Positions 24,791 to 38,451 of a DNA stretch of 64,000 nucleotides are shown in pieces. Below the pieces are notes generated by a model, which did no database searches, was not told where the DNA came from, and was given only the letters and a program-made list of their open reading frames with translations. This stretch comes from Eledone cirrhosa (lineage: Eukaryota), in NCBI GenBank assembly GCA_964016885.1, contig OZ024759.1, positions 32,612,001-32,676,000 of the forward strand. Reading direction: 5' to 3'. Each line of letters starts with the position of its first letter. Within the stretch, counting starts at the first letter, position 1. Position numbers and translations under genes: made by a program.

Positions 24791-25417
24791 GATGAAAGGC
24801 AAAGTTGACCTCGGCGGAACTCAGGGAGAAGAGAACTGGATTGAATGTCATAAAGCCTCTTATCCGACATTGTAATGACTCTGCTAATTCACTGCCACAT
24901 ATGTATATATATATATATGTATATATGTATGTATGTATGTATGTATATATGTATATATATAAAGGGCAAAGGAGCTCTTAAGAGTCAATGGCCATCCAAA
25001 ATCACCGGGAGAGATGACCCCTTAGCCTTTGTCAAGGCAGCATTCTAGGAGAAGGAAAACTCTGATATAATACCTGCAACCCTGATGGTATCCAATGATG
25101 TTGACTTGTTCTTCTTTTTGGTAAATATCATCTTGGTTAAGAGAGTGGGACTGGCTTTGTGCAGTGCCTTTGCTCACTATAAAAGCTTCACGGCACAGGC
25201 ATTGCTTTATATCTGGAGATCTCTCTGCACTTGTCGTCACATGGTACCATAGGTCCAGCACTATGTGTCAATAATTGTCACAAGTGTAGTGTTTGTACCA
25301 GAGTTTTCAAGTCGCTGGCTGGACTAAAAAGTCACACTCGTTCAGCGCATCGGTAGGGGTTCTTCTGCATGGATATAAAGTAGTGGCCGTACTCGAAAAC
25401 GAGTTGGCAGCCACCAT

Positions 25418-25541
25418 ATATGTATATATGTATGTATGTCTGTATGTATGTATGTATATATGTATATATGTATGTATGTATATATGTATATATGTATGTA
25501 TGTATGTATGTGCATACATGTATTTATTATGTACGTATATA

Positions 25542-25577
<36 letters not shown>

Positions 25578-25647
25578 CATGTATTTTTTATCTATGTATA
25601 TACATGTATGTATGTATAAATGTATGTATGTATATATATGTATATAT

Positions 25648-25696
<49 letters not shown>

Positions 25697-25761
25697 GTGT
25701 ATATATATATATGTATATGTATGTGTGTATGTATATATATGTATGTGTATATATATATATG

Positions 25762-25810
<49 letters not shown>

Positions 25811-25819
25811 ATGTATGTG

Positions 25820-25856
<37 letters not shown>

Positions 25857-25865
25857 ATGTATGTG

Positions 25866-25937
<72 letters not shown>

Positions 25938-26087
25938 CATATATATATGTGTGTGTGTGCGTATATATATATATATATAGATATATATGTGTGTGTGCAT
26001 ATATATATGTGTGCATATATATATGTGTGCATATATATATGTGTGTGTATATATATATGTGTGTGTATATATATATGTGTGTATATA

Positions 26088-26118
<31 letters not shown>

Positions 26119-26436
26119 GTGTATATATATATATATATATGTGTGTGTATATATTATATATGTGTGTGTATATATATATATGTGTGTGTGTATATATATA
26201 TGTGTGTGTATATATATATATGTGTGTGTGTATATATATATATATATGTGTGTATATATATATATATGTGTGTATATATATATATATGTGTATGTATATA
26301 TATATATATGTGTGTATATATATATATATGTGTGTGTATATATATATATGTGTGTGTGTGTATATATATATGTGTGTATATATATATATATATGTGTGTA
26401 TATATATATATGTGTGTATATATATATATAAATATA

Positions 26437-26480
<44 letters not shown>

Positions 26481-26490
26481 TATATATACA
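25418..26490. repeat. ~1.1-kb compound (TA)n/(TG)n microsatellite
   Basis: Nearly pure alternating purine-pyrimidine repeat. Confidence 0.95.
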
Positions 26491-27281
26491 TTCACAATTA
26501 GTTTTAGTTTTAGCTAAAATGTCTAATAGATAAGCTTTCCCTAGCTTGCTATTGCAGGGTGATATCATTTTCCCTTTCAAAATCCATCTCACATTCATCC
26601 AGTTAAGCTACACAGATTTATTTATTTATTTATTTATTTATATATTCATTTGTTTTCTTTGTTTTCTTTCTCTCCTTTTCTTCCTTTCTTCCTTCCTTTC
26701 ACTCTTTATTCCAGCCATCTTAGCACTCTATGTACAGAATGACCTGAAAAACCTTTGATCAATAGAAAATTCCCTTTTGTATAACAGTATTCTTTATTGT
26801 GGTTGAGTGTGAGTCTTATCTAATAATCCTGTTGTAAATACACAAGGGAAACTTTAGAGTACACAGGCTCCTCTCTCAGCCATAATGAAGAATATTTAAA
26901 CTCTACTTCACTGTTGAGTACTCATTTTCATGTCCATCAATATTATATATATTTATTAAAATATTAATACTATATATATATATATGGGATAACAAGTTAT
27001 CGTTATAGGAAATCCAGTTAGAGGTTATAAGTACTCTGTGTCGTGGATAGTTTTAACGTACGGCTTTGTTTGACTCAACAAGAGGTTTCCATAGTTAGGC
27101 AGCGAGATCGGTAATTCCTATGTAGGTTATACTTGGAGTGATAATAGTGAAAGATTGAAGAATAACATGGTTGGCTGTACAATAAGGGGCTTTATTTCAA
27201 ATAGAGCCCCAATGCCCTTTGTTGTACAGCCAACCATGTTATTCTTCAATTTTTCACTATATATATATATATATATCATCA

Positions 27282-27613
27282 TTCATCATTTCCCGTCCCA
27301 CCCTGCTTGCAAGGGTGGGACGGGAACTGATTCTGGCTTGATTTCTACAGCTGGATGCCCTTCTTAACACCAACCTCATTTACAGTGTGTGCTGGGTGCT
27401 TTTTTTTTGCCGTGGCACCTCCACAACCACTTTGCAGTGGAATGATAGGGACCCCAGTCCCTATCATCTCATTTCTACAGCTGAGTAAACTGGAGCAATG
27501 TGAAATAAAGAAGTGTCTTGCTCAAGGAAACAACACATCACCCGGTCTGAGAATTGAACTCACAACCTTTCGATTGCAAGGCCAATGCTCTAACTACTAA
27601 GCCATGTGCCTCC
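27282..27613 (-). mobile_element. tRNA-headed SINE with CORE-like domain
   Basis: Same family as 31682-32084, reverse orientation. Confidence 0.8.
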
Positions 27614-27664
27614 TATATATATATAGTTGAAAATTAACAAACAAAACACATGAGGCAATTGTAC

Positions 27665-28266
27665 ACAGATGTTATCAGTAATGGAAAGACCAATGGAAAC
27701 ATTGTTTCCTTGGTCTGATCTGATGATGAGCTCCTTTCTTCTGCCTGGAGTTGTGACTGACAGATAGTATTAGTAATGGAAAGACCAATAGAAACATTGT
27801 TTCCTTGGTCTGATCTGATGATCAGCTCCTTTCTTCTGCCTGGAGTTGTGACTGACAGATAGTATCAGTAATGGAAAGACCAATAGAAACATTGTTTCCT
27901 TGGTCTGATCTGATGGTCAGCTCCTTTCTTCTGCCAGGAGTTGTGACTGACAGATAGTATCAGTAATGGAAAGACCAATAGAAACATTGTTTCCTTGGTC
28001 TGATCTGATGGTCAGCTCCTTTCTTCTGCCAGGAGTTGTGACTGACAGATAGTATCAGTAATGGAAAGACCAATAGAAACATTGTTTCCTTGGTCTGATC
28101 TGATGGTCAGCTCCTTTCTTCTGCCAGGAGTTGTGACTGACAGATAGTATCAGTAATGGAAAGACCAATAGAAACATTGTTTCCTTGGTCTGATCTGATG
28201 ATCAGCTCCTTTCTTCTGCCAGGAGTTGTGACTGAAGATAGTATCAGTAATGGAAAGACCAATGGA
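27665..28266. repeat. 95-bp tandem repeat, ~6.3 copies, SINE-derived
   Basis: AGTAATGGAAAGACC at 27677, 27772, 27867, 27962, 28057 and 28152; the unit resembles single-copy SINE interior at ~47075-47155 (CTTCTGCCAGGAGTTG..TTTCCTTGGTCT). Confidence 0.9.
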
Positions 28267-28473
28267 GAGTAGAGACTCCAATCGTTGTTGGTTTGATATA
28301 GTACCCTATCCTAAGTATATTCTCCAATTATTGATTTCTTCCCCCCCCTCCTCCCCGCTGTCAGAGAGGAAGGCGGGGAGGGGCTATCAACATCATTACC
28401 ACTCATGGTAGCTACTTTCGCCCTCCTTCTCTCTGACTAATTAATTCAAAGGCATCTGTACTCTTCGTGTGTG

Positions 28474-28504
<31 letters not shown>

Positions 28505-28895
28505 CATGACTGTGCTGATATATACATGCAAGTGTGTCTAGGTATATATGTGCATTTACGTGTGCGGCCATGGAGTGTGTGTGTGCATGTGCATTTGTAT
28601 GTATGTATGTTTTTGTGTGTGTGTTTCTGTGTGTATCCATGCTGGTATAAGTGTGTGGATGTACATGTGGTTGTTTGCGTGTGTGTCTATGCTGATAGAT
28701 GCATGTGTGTGTGTTTTTAGATCTATGTGTCTTTTATGCATCCCCATTATATATATATATACACACACACACACACATATATATACACACACACACACAT
28801 ATATATATATACACACACATATATATATACACACACACACATATATATATATATATTTATTTTTTGCTTGGACCACATGCCCATATATGGACTGT

Positions 28896-28991
28896 ACCCC
28901 TTGATAAATTCAGCTAGATTCCCGCTGTTCTAATACTGGTGGCTTAGTTTGGATCTAGCTGTCAAAACGGCTGGAGCTCAGCCGTCGGGGT
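28896..28991 (+). ncRNA. Degenerate full-length type I hammerhead of family B
   Basis: ACCCC-TTGATAA (CTGATGA with 2 transitions), stem II CAGCTAGAT/ATCTAGCTG, tcAAAA, stem III CGGC..GCCG, TC, GGGGT. Confidence 0.65.
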
Positions 28992-29181
28992 CCTGAATCT
29001 TTTCATATATATATATATATATATATATGTGTGTAAAAGGTAAACAGAAATAACAACACAATCGGTAACATTTTATATACACACACACACATATATATAT
29101 ATATCATCATCATCATCATCATCATCACCGTTTTACGTCCGTTCTTCCACGCTAGCATGGGTTATATATATATATATATAT

Positions 29182-29372
29182 ACGAAGGAGGTGTGGTAAG
29201 GAACAAGATGGACCATAACGCACCAGAGTACTCAATACCTAGGGTAGTAGAGTGGGTAATAGGAAAATGTTAGACTCCGACGGCAGAGCTTTTGCCGTTT
29301 CGATGGCTATTCAGTCGAGAAATAGCCGTCTAAACAGCTTGAGCTCTGCCGTCGGGGTCTAACATTTTCCTA
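29182..29372. mobile_element. Family B TA-flanked fold-back element (copies also ~36096-36233, 36305-36422, 37689-37862, 40690-40995, 42230-42412, 43025-43106, 43285-43423, 48698-48800)
   Basis: Shared GGACCATAACGCACCAGAGTACTC..GGGTAGTAGAGTGGGTAATAGG..CCGACGGC..CCGTTTCGA sequence, often followed by a partial inverted copy; ends usually abut (TA)n. Confidence 0.8.
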
Positions 29373-30024
29373 TATATATATACACACAGACATGATCACA
29401 TGTATGTGTCTTTGTGTACATGTCGGTGTGTATGTATGTTTGTGCTTGCACTATTTCGTCTTGTGACTGTCATACTGTCTACATGTTCATATATTGGGGT
29501 GAGTGTGTATATGTTGGTGTGTGCGTGTGTATTGGTGTGTGTTTGTGTGTGTGTGTATGTTGATGTGTGTGTGTGTGTGTATGTTGATGTGTGTGTGTAT
29601 GTTGGGGTGTGTGTATATTGATGTGGTGTGTTTGTGTATGTGGGTGTATGTGTGTATGTATTGGGGTGGGTGTATGTATATATTGGTGTGTGTTTATGCA
29701 TGTTGGTGTATGTATGTTGATGTGTGTGTGGGATGGGGGGGTGGAGTTAGGTATGTAGACCATATCAATTACCCCTCTCTCCCTCTTCCTCTCTCTCCAT
29801 CACTCTCCCTTTCCCTCCCTCTCTCTCTCTGTTCCCTCCTTCCTGCCCCCCCCCCCCTGCAAGATTATGTATTCAATATTTTATTATCTTCGGACAAAGT
29901 GTCAACTGAACACAACAATCACACACACACACATACACACACATACACACATGCAGACACCCACACATATATATATATATATATCATCTTTTAACATCCA
30001 TTTTCCACGCTGTATTGTGTTAGA

Positions 30025-30064
<40 letters not shown>

Positions 30065-31000
30065 AATATATATATATATATAATATATATAAATATATAA
30101 TATATATATATATAATATATATAAATATATAATATATATATATATATAATATATAATATATATATATATATATATATAATATATATACATATATACACAC
30201 ACACATATACATAATTTATTGGAAATGTTACATCTCATGAGATTATTGTACCTTGCTTTGACTTCAGGAATAATTCTATTCATTCTACGCCCTGGCTCAT
30301 TTGGGACAGTACATATCTGTGTGTGTGTGTATATGTGAGTGTATATATATATGTGTGTGTGTATATATATATGTGTGTGTGTATATATATATATATGTGT
30401 GTGTGTATATATGTGTGCGTGTGTTTGTATATATGTATGTGTGTGTTGTGAAGGTGTATAGCTTAGTGGTTAGCGTGTATATATGTGTGAGTGTATATAT
30501 ATGTGTGTGTATATATGTGTGTGTGTGCGCGTGTGTTTGTATATATGTATGTGTGTATATATGTGTGTGTTGTGAAGGTGTATAGCTTAGTGGTTAGCGT
30601 GTATATATGTGTGAGTGTATATATATGTGTGTGTGTATATATGTGTGTGTGCGCGTGTGTTTGTATATATGTATATATATATATATGTGTGTGTCATTGT
30701 ATATGTGTATATGTGTGCATACACATGTATGTATATTACTCTTTTACTCTTTTTCCTGTACCAGCCATCCGGCTGAGGCCATGCTGGGGTACTGCCCTTC
30801 CAGCATATATATATATATATGTATATGTGTGTGTATAATATTGCTATACAGCAAAATCGATCATGCAGGGGTGAGTGATTGGCAAAGATGAAAGTAACAG
30901 CCTGACAACGGACAGCCGGATTGACCAGTAAGCATGGGCCTTACATATTTTCAAGGTGACCTTTCTCCCCTCAAATTCTAGTCCTATATACTACCATATA

Positions 31001-31033
<33 letters not shown>

Positions 31034-31059
31034 ATCGTCATCATCCTTGTTGTCATCAT

Positions 31060-31430
31060 TATCATCATCATCATCATCATTTCACGTTTGTTGTTCAAGG
31101 GTTGTATAGGTTGCACAGGTCCTTCTGAGTACAGCATCTCTCCACTTGTTGCATTCCTTTGTCATCTCCTCTGTGATGCTTCAGTGATTTGAGATCAGCT
31201 CTCACCACTTCCATCCAGGTCTTCCTTGGTCTTCTTCTACCGCAGCTTCCTTCCACTGGGATTTCTTGGCAGTCCTTCATCCAATGCTCATCATCCATGC
31301 CTATCACATATCCATACCAACACAGTCTACTCTCCTGCACCTTACTTCTCATTCCTCTGATACACAGTTTCTCCCTCAGTTCATCCATGCTTTGTCGTTC
31401 TCGCACATTAACATTGCACATCCATCAAAC
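31060..31430 (-). mobile_element. RTE-clade LINE 3' fragment
   Basis: ORF 31095-31421: MCNVNVRERQSMDELREKL..RLCWYGYV..GRRRPRKTWMEVVRADL. Confidence 0.85.
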
Positions 31431-31681
31431 TGAATCCATCCTGAGTGAACGCTGTAATGTGGTCGTGTAGGTAACACGGTAAAAAGCTCCCAGTCCACAC
31501 TGTAAACGTGGTTGGTGTTAGGAAGGGCATCCAGCCGTTGAAAACCTGCCGGATACAGTCCTATACAAGCGAGACACGGTCACCCGACCAATCTTACCTC
31601 AAATGCGACAATTCCCGTCTAACCCATGCTAGCGTGGAAGATAGACGTTAAACGATGATGATGATGATGATATATATATAT

Positions 31682-32049
31682 GGAGGCACATGGCTTAGTG
31701 GTTAGAGCATTGGCCTTGCAATCAAAAGGTTGTGAATTCAATTCTCAGACCGGGTGATGTGTTGTTTCCTTGAGCAAGACACTTTATTTCACATTGCTCC
31801 AGTTTACTCAGCTGTAGAAATGAGATGATAGGGACTGCAAAGTGGTCGTGGAGGTGCCACGGCAAAAAAGCACCCAGCACTCACTGTAAAGTGGACGTGT
31901 AGGCGCCACGGAAAAAAAAAGCACCCAGCACTCACTGTAAATGAGGTTAGTGTTAGGAAGGGCATCCAGCTGTAGAAATCAAGCCAGAATCAGTTCCCAT
32001 CCCACCCTTGCAAGCAGGGAAAAGCGAACGTAAAATGATGATGATGATG

Positions 32050-32084
<35 letters not shown>
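31682..32084 (+). mobile_element. Full-length tRNA-headed SINE (A/B boxes, CORE-like CCTTGAGCAAGACACTT, RTE-type tail, (GAT)n)
   Basis: TGGCTTAGTGG (A box) and GAATTCAATTC (B-box-like); tail with GTTAGGAAGGGCATCCAGC and a terminal CCCACCCTTGCAAGCAGGGAAAA shared with local RTE 3' ends. Confidence 0.8.
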
Positions 32085-32085
<1 letters not shown>

Positions 32086-32628
32086 GTGGTGGTGTGTGTG
32101 TATATATAACTTAAAAACAATTTACAGAGTTAGTAACTTTTCCATGTGTTTATGTAGCTTAACTACCCAAGATTTAGTTCCTAAAGAAACAGCATTTATT
32201 AATTTTACAGAAAGTGTGAAAGCTCGAGTTTCCCAGATTTCTATTTTCGTTGAAAGATAGAATAATTTGTTGCACTTCTTTTAGTTTAGTTCAGCAATTG
32301 TATATATATATATTATATATGTATCATCATCATCATCACCGTTTTACGTCCGTTCTTCCACGCTAGCATGGGTTAGACAGGTTGTCCTGTTGTGGGCAGT
32401 GTCTGGTCGGCTGACCATGCCTTGCTCATACAGGAACTGATCTGGCTTGATTTCTACAGCTGGATGCCCTTCCTAACACCAACCTCATTTACAGTGAGTG
32501 CTGGGTGCTTTTTCGTGGCGCCTACACGTCCACTTTACAGTGTGGGCTGGGTGCTTTTTTGCCGTGGCACCTCCACGACCACCTTGCGGTGGGGGGGGGG
32601 GGGGGGGGGGGCATATTGTTTATATGCT

Positions 32629-33820
32629 TCAGCATGTACCCATGGGAGGTCGGGTACCCTGTATTACTGCGTGACGCCAGAAGTCACGGTCGTGTGTCAT
32701 TGACTTTGAGAGGTGTAGTTGGGTAAGGTCGGCTTTTATCACCTCATCCCAAGTCATCTTGGGTCTCCCCACTCCGCGGTTTCCATCAACTTCTAGTGCT
32801 CTGCACCTTTTTATGCAGCTGTCATCCTTCATACGCATCACATGTCCATACCAGCGTAACCGCCTCTCCTGCACGCAGCATTTGATTCCTCTTATGCTCA
32901 GTCTCTCTCTCAATTCCTTTATGCTTTGTCGTTCACGTATATTACTGTTACACATCCATCGGAGCATGCAGGCTTCGTTTCTCTCTAATCTACGTAAGTC
33001 TTCCACCTTCAGCGCCCAGGTCTCACTACCATGCAACATCGCTGTTCGGATACACGCATCATACAGTCTGCCTTTCATTCTGAGGGAGAAGCCTTTTGCA
33101 GCTAGCAGTGGTAGTAGTTCCCTAAACTTCTTCCATCCCGTTCTTACCCTAGTTATTGTACTTTCTGAGCACCCACCTCCGTTGCTAATTCGGTCACCTA
33201 GGTAGCAGAAGCTGTCTACTGTTTCTACAGGGCCCTCCCAGAGATTGGTGGTACTTGTTTCCTGTGGCTGTTTGCTTGCTGTTTCAGCACAGCTGCTGCA
33301 TGTGAATCCTACATTCTTAATTAAGCTTCCTGAGATCCCGCTACATCTCTTGTGTACCCATTGTTTGCATTTGGGGCAGAGAATGGAGTTCCTACCTACA
33401 CCTTTCCTACATACTGAGCAAGGCCATTTCCGAGGGGATCTGGGTTCTGTTTTCTCGTCTACTTATAAGGACCTTAGTCTTTGTCATGTTGACTTTGAGG
33501 CCCTTTCTCTCTAGTCCCTGCTTCCAGGTTTGGAATTTATTCTCTAGTTCTACCATAGATTCAGCTATGAGTGCGAGGTCATCAGCATACAGGAGTTCCC
33601 ATGGGCATCCGGTCTTAAACTCCTCCGTTATTGCCTGCAGGACTATGATGAACAGGAGAGGGCTAAGAACAGAGCCCTGGTGGACCCCAACCTGTACGCT
33701 AAATTCCTCGCTATACTCATTGCCAATCCTAACTTTGCTGACTGCTCCCCTATACATGGCTTGTACCGCTTTCACAAGCCATTCATCTACTCCTAGTTTT
33801 CTAAGAGCCCACCAGATTAC
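32629..33820 (-). mobile_element. 5'-truncated RTE/RTEX LINE, reverse transcriptase to C-terminus, one frameshift (~33429)
   Basis: [23 protein letters not shown]-like insert [49 protein letters not shown]. Confidence 0.92.
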
Positions 33821-34075
33821 TGTATATATATATATATATATACATACATATACACACATATATATACACATTTATACACACACATATATATATATACATA
33901 TATACATATACACACATATATATACACATTTATACACATATATATATAAATATATATATATATATACACATATATACATATACACACATATATACACATT
34001 TATACACACACATATATATATACATATATACATACATACATATATACATATACACACATATATATACACATTTAT

Positions 34076-34120
<45 letters not shown>

Positions 34121-34489
34121 TATATATGAAAAAAAAAACTTTCCAATGATGCTGATGATGAATTTCTAGACTATCAAATGTTGCCTCCCTCTCCGCTCCC
34201 ACATTAAAATATTTGTGAAGAAGAATATAGGCATTTAAAAAAGTGGTGAGGGCACTTGTCCCCTGGTACTCCCCTGAAGGAAGGCCCTTGCCTGAGAGGG
34301 TTGTGGGGGGCAGAGTCCTTAAGTACCCTTTCAAATGGGTCCTGTCAGAAGCAACCATCTCCAACTGATCTGACTGGATCCCCCGAGCGACACTAGCCAA
34401 GCTCATGGATGTTATCCAACCATATTGCTTAGGGTCTATCTACCCCTGGGACTTCTGCCAGTTGGTTTGGCCAGTGATTCTGTCCTTAA

Positions 34490-34686
34490 GCCTTTAGCAT
34501 TTAAACCGGCCATATCTGGCCAGAATTCTCTCATCTCCTTTTGTTCAAACTGACCATAACTGGCCGCTTATACTGATGTTAAGTTATTGTTCTCCAAATA
34601 GATATCAACATTTCATAGATTCTATATTATGTCAGATATTATGTGAGTTAAAGCCTTTACCGTGAAATTACAAGAGTAAATATAGG
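34490..34686. mobile_element. piggyBac-type MITE (degenerate)
   Basis: TTAA followed by GCCTTTAGCATTTAAACCGGCCATATC, the reverse complement of the end of 63775-63994. Confidence 0.55.
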
Positions 34687-35701
34687 TTAAACATTCTAAC
34701 CACATGCCTATAGTATCGGAGCTGTGACAAATAATTAATACAATAATTAATAACACTACACCTAATATTCCCCCCTCCATACACATGCACACATGTATAT
34801 CATGACTCGTACACTATTCACTTCCCTGACATTTGTATATTATTCTATGTACTATACATGCACCTTTGATGAGTTGTAGTGCACCTGAGCACTGTACACA
34901 ATAATTTCATTCCCCCTATTGGGGAATTTATTTTGTTATGTTTATGCACAGTTTATTTTATATTTTTATACTTTCATTGTTAAATTAGTCTTGCCATTGT
35001 GCACTTTTACTCGACCTTATTGTAAACCCCCACTGTCCCTGTCTTTGTATTGTCCCCTACATGTCGGCCCTTGTGGCTAATAAATGAAATCATTATTATT
35101 ATTATTATTATTTTCCATTCTGAGTTCAAATCCCGCCGAGGTTAACTTTGCCTTTCATCCTTATGGGGTCGATAAAATAACTTTATTTTATCGACCCCAG
35201 TAATACACTGGGCAATTGCTGGCCTTCTGCCAAAAGTAGAAACAATTATTATTTTTATTATTATAATTATTTCACATAAAAATATAGAATCAAAACTTAA
35301 GAAAATATTACTTCAACACCATAATTATATATTTTCTCCCTAAACTACCAAAACAAACATCTATTTGTATATATGCTACAATTTTGTGTACGTGTTATGT
35401 TTATCGCATATCAAAGTTGTTGTTTTTTTTTATAAATATGGGTTGATATTTGATAACAACAGCCAAACTACTCACAACAACTAATTTGACTGAACTTGTG
35501 TGCCCCCCCCCCCCCTCGCTCCCAATTCAGAAAAGCTTCCACTGCACCTTATATATGTATACACATACACATACAAGATGAGGTGTAGGTTTTCGTTTTT
35601 TGTAGGCAGCTATACATTATTGGAATGTACAGTGAACTGAAACACATGTTAGTAAATCTCCTGGATCAATGAAATCTTGCCTAGTTTTTCCTTATTCCCA
35701 G

Positions 35702-35750
<49 letters not shown>

Positions 35751-35777
35751 CATGTATATATATATATATATATATAT

Positions 35778-36080
35778 GAAGTATTTCCGTAGGAAGGGTA
35801 AAGGAAGGGAGAGTGCTCTATGTATGCTACAGAGCTATTTAATTATGTAATAAACAACACAAGACAATTATTCCATTTACCAAGGGTTTCACGAAGACAG
35901 GCGAGTTCAACAGAGACGTCTGAAATCACTCATCAGAATGAAACATGTATTTCATATCTTACATCCATATTAAATTTTTCATTCTGATGAGCGATTTCAG
36001 ACGTCTCTGTTGAGCTCGCCTGTCTTCGTGAAACCCTTGGTGAATGGAATAATTGTTTTGTGTTGTTTATTACATAATTA
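35778..36080. mobile_element. Fold-back HHR element family A (HHR minus 35873-35940, HHR plus ~35980-36045)
   Basis: ~100-bp inverted arms; minus strand CATT-CTGATGA..GAAA-CC-CTT-GG-TA-AATG; the plus copy has TG at the cleavage site; (TA)n on both sides. Confidence 0.8.
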
Positions 36081-36230
36081 TATATATATATATATAACGA
36101 AGGAAATGTGGTAAGGAACCAGGTGGACCATAACGCACCAGAGTACTCAATACTTAGGGTAGTAGAGTGGGTAACAGGAACGAGTAGGACCCCGACGGCT
36201 GAGCTCAAGCCGTTTCGACGGCTAATTCTG

Positions 36231-36276
<46 letters not shown>

Positions 36277-36419
36277 AGAGAGAGAGGTCGATTCAATTTG
36301 AAACTGGTTAGACCATTACTCACAGAGTACTCCATACTTGGGGTAGTAGAGTGGGTTTTATATTATAGAGTTGGGAACCCAATGGCCTAGTTCTTGCCAT
36401 TTCAACAGCTAGTTCCAGA

Positions 36420-36454
<35 letters not shown>

Positions 36455-36581
36455 AAAGTTATATTTAAATTGTTGGGTTACAACTAGTAAATATTTATAA
36501 CTGATATAAAAGCACTCGACAAGTATTTGGAGTATATTTACAATATTAAATAAATGGAAACTATATTTATAAAACCATATT

Positions 36582-36647
36582 TATTTCATTATATATATTT
36601 CAGGGATATCATATTAACAATATGCTATGCCTTCCTCAGACAAAATA
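36582..36647 (-). ncRNA. Type I hammerhead ribozyme, intact core (family C)
   Basis: Reverse complement TATTTTGT-CTGAGGA-AGG..CCT-GAAA-TATATA-TA-ATGAAATA; flanks are homologous to 23265-23500. Confidence 0.78.
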
Positions 36648-37014
36648 CAATATAAACAGTTTTATAGATAAATAGATTTGACATACCGTAACAACATCGA
36701 CTTGTATTTGAAAAGTTGAATTGGACTGCCAATTCAACTTTTCAAATACAAATATGTATGAATGAAAAATAAATATATATATATACAAATATAAATATAG
36801 ATTCAGCGAGAATCGAATTTCGGCGGCTATGAAAGGCGAAACGAAACTCAAAAATCAGAAATGACACTGGCAAAGAGCTCAATAATTAAAAACTAGAGCT
36901 AGACAATATGTTAAGAAGCCATACAAAACTGAAAAAGTGGTCAAGAAAGCATCAACCAGCCAAAAAGCAAATCAAGCTAAACAGGTCAAAACAAAATAAA
37001 TGATAAAACCAATG

Positions 37015-37069
<55 letters not shown>

Positions 37070-38089
37070 TCACCATCATCATCATCGTTTAACGTCCGTG
37101 TTCCACGCTTGCATGGATTTGGACGGGAGTTTTCCCACTTGAGGCAAGAGTGATTGTCTTGCTCGCATAGGACTGTCTGGCGGGTTTTCTACAGCTGGAT
37201 GCCCTTCCTAACACCAACCACATTTACAGTGTGGGGCTGGGAGGTTTTTACCGTGTTGCCTACACGACCACATTACAGCGTGGACTGTGTGTTTTTTGTC
37301 GTGACACCTCATATATATATATATAAACATAAATTATCGAGAATCGCATTTCTGCCCACGAAATAACGAAAAACAACCTCCGAGATGTATATATATATAA
37401 AATAAACATATGAAACAATCACAGGGAATAATTTGTAAAGAATGTAAGCACACATAGCTAGGTAGGTAACTAATTAAAGTTTAACTAGAACTTCAAATAT
37501 ATATTTACAAATTATTCCCTGTGATTGTTTCAGATGTTTATTTTATATATATATATGTCAATCTATTTCTAGTTGATATGAAATGCTCGGATCTATTCAT
37601 TGGAATCTTTGAGCTTATTCTACAGTGGATATGGCGCATGTCTCTCAGACATGACAACCCTTAATTTTAATTTTGGATATATATATATAAACAAAGAAAG
37701 TGTGGTAAAAAAAACAGGTGGACCATAACGCACCAGAGTACTCGATACTTAGGGTAGTAGAGTGGGTAAGAGGCAAATAGTCAGAACCCCGACGGCTGAG
37801 CTCCGGCCGTTTCGACAGCTAGATCCGAACTAATACTGCTGGCTTAGTTCAGGTCTAGCTGTATATATATATATATATATATGTAGGAGGTGAGTTTTAT
37901 TGTAGTACAATAAAGCAATGCAGATATCGGATAAGAAGCACTCTACAGTTTGTAGGACTGGAGTATGCATAATATAAGATCAAAAGATGGTTAAAGGAGT
38001 TCCATATATTTTATTATGCGCATTTCAAAAATGTTGATTTAAAACTGCACTATCCACAAGTGTTTTTTAGCCTTCATATCATGTTCTCC

Positions 38090-38160
38090 TGTTTTATCTG
38101 ATGAAAACACAAATATTATTGCATGATGATGTTTGTTTTTGAAATGGGCATAATAAAATA
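38090..38160 (+). ncRNA. Type I hammerhead ribozyme in a fold-back element (inverted arms ~37969-38028 / 38136-38198)
   Basis: TGTTTTAT-CTGATGA, stem II ACAAATATT/GATGTTTGT, GAAA-TGGGCA-TA-ATAAAATA; the inverted arm has palindromic GAAA-TGCGCA-TA. Confidence 0.8.
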
Positions 38161-38190
38161 TATGGAACTCCTTTAACCATCTTTTGATCT

Positions 38191-38246
<56 letters not shown>

Positions 38247-38250
<4 letters not shown>

Positions 38251-38451
38251 ATCTTTCGTTTTAGGTACGTGAAATAAAACTTTGCGAATATGTTTAAATT
38301 TCACTAAGTTTCGCGTTCCGTCAGTTTAAATATCATGGGTTGGGGTTATTATCCTTTGTGAGATATTCCTGTGAGATTTCGCTTCTTTTGAAATAAACTT
38401 TTGTTTTTCTGGATTTTTTTTATTTACGTACCTAAAACGAAAGATTACCAT
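38247..38451. mobile_element. TA-flanked element with ~33-bp terminal inverted repeats
   Basis: GGCAATCTTTCGTTTTAGGTACGTGAAATAAAA ... TTTTATTTACGTACCTAAAACGAAAGATTACC. Confidence 0.6.

Noticed and set aside
25293-26598. Numerous YI/CV/HT-rich ORFs here and throughout the window
   Set aside because: Dinucleotide microsatellite translations.
31682-31760. tRNA gene
   Set aside because: It is the tRNA-derived head of a multi-copy SINE with no intact cloverleaf.
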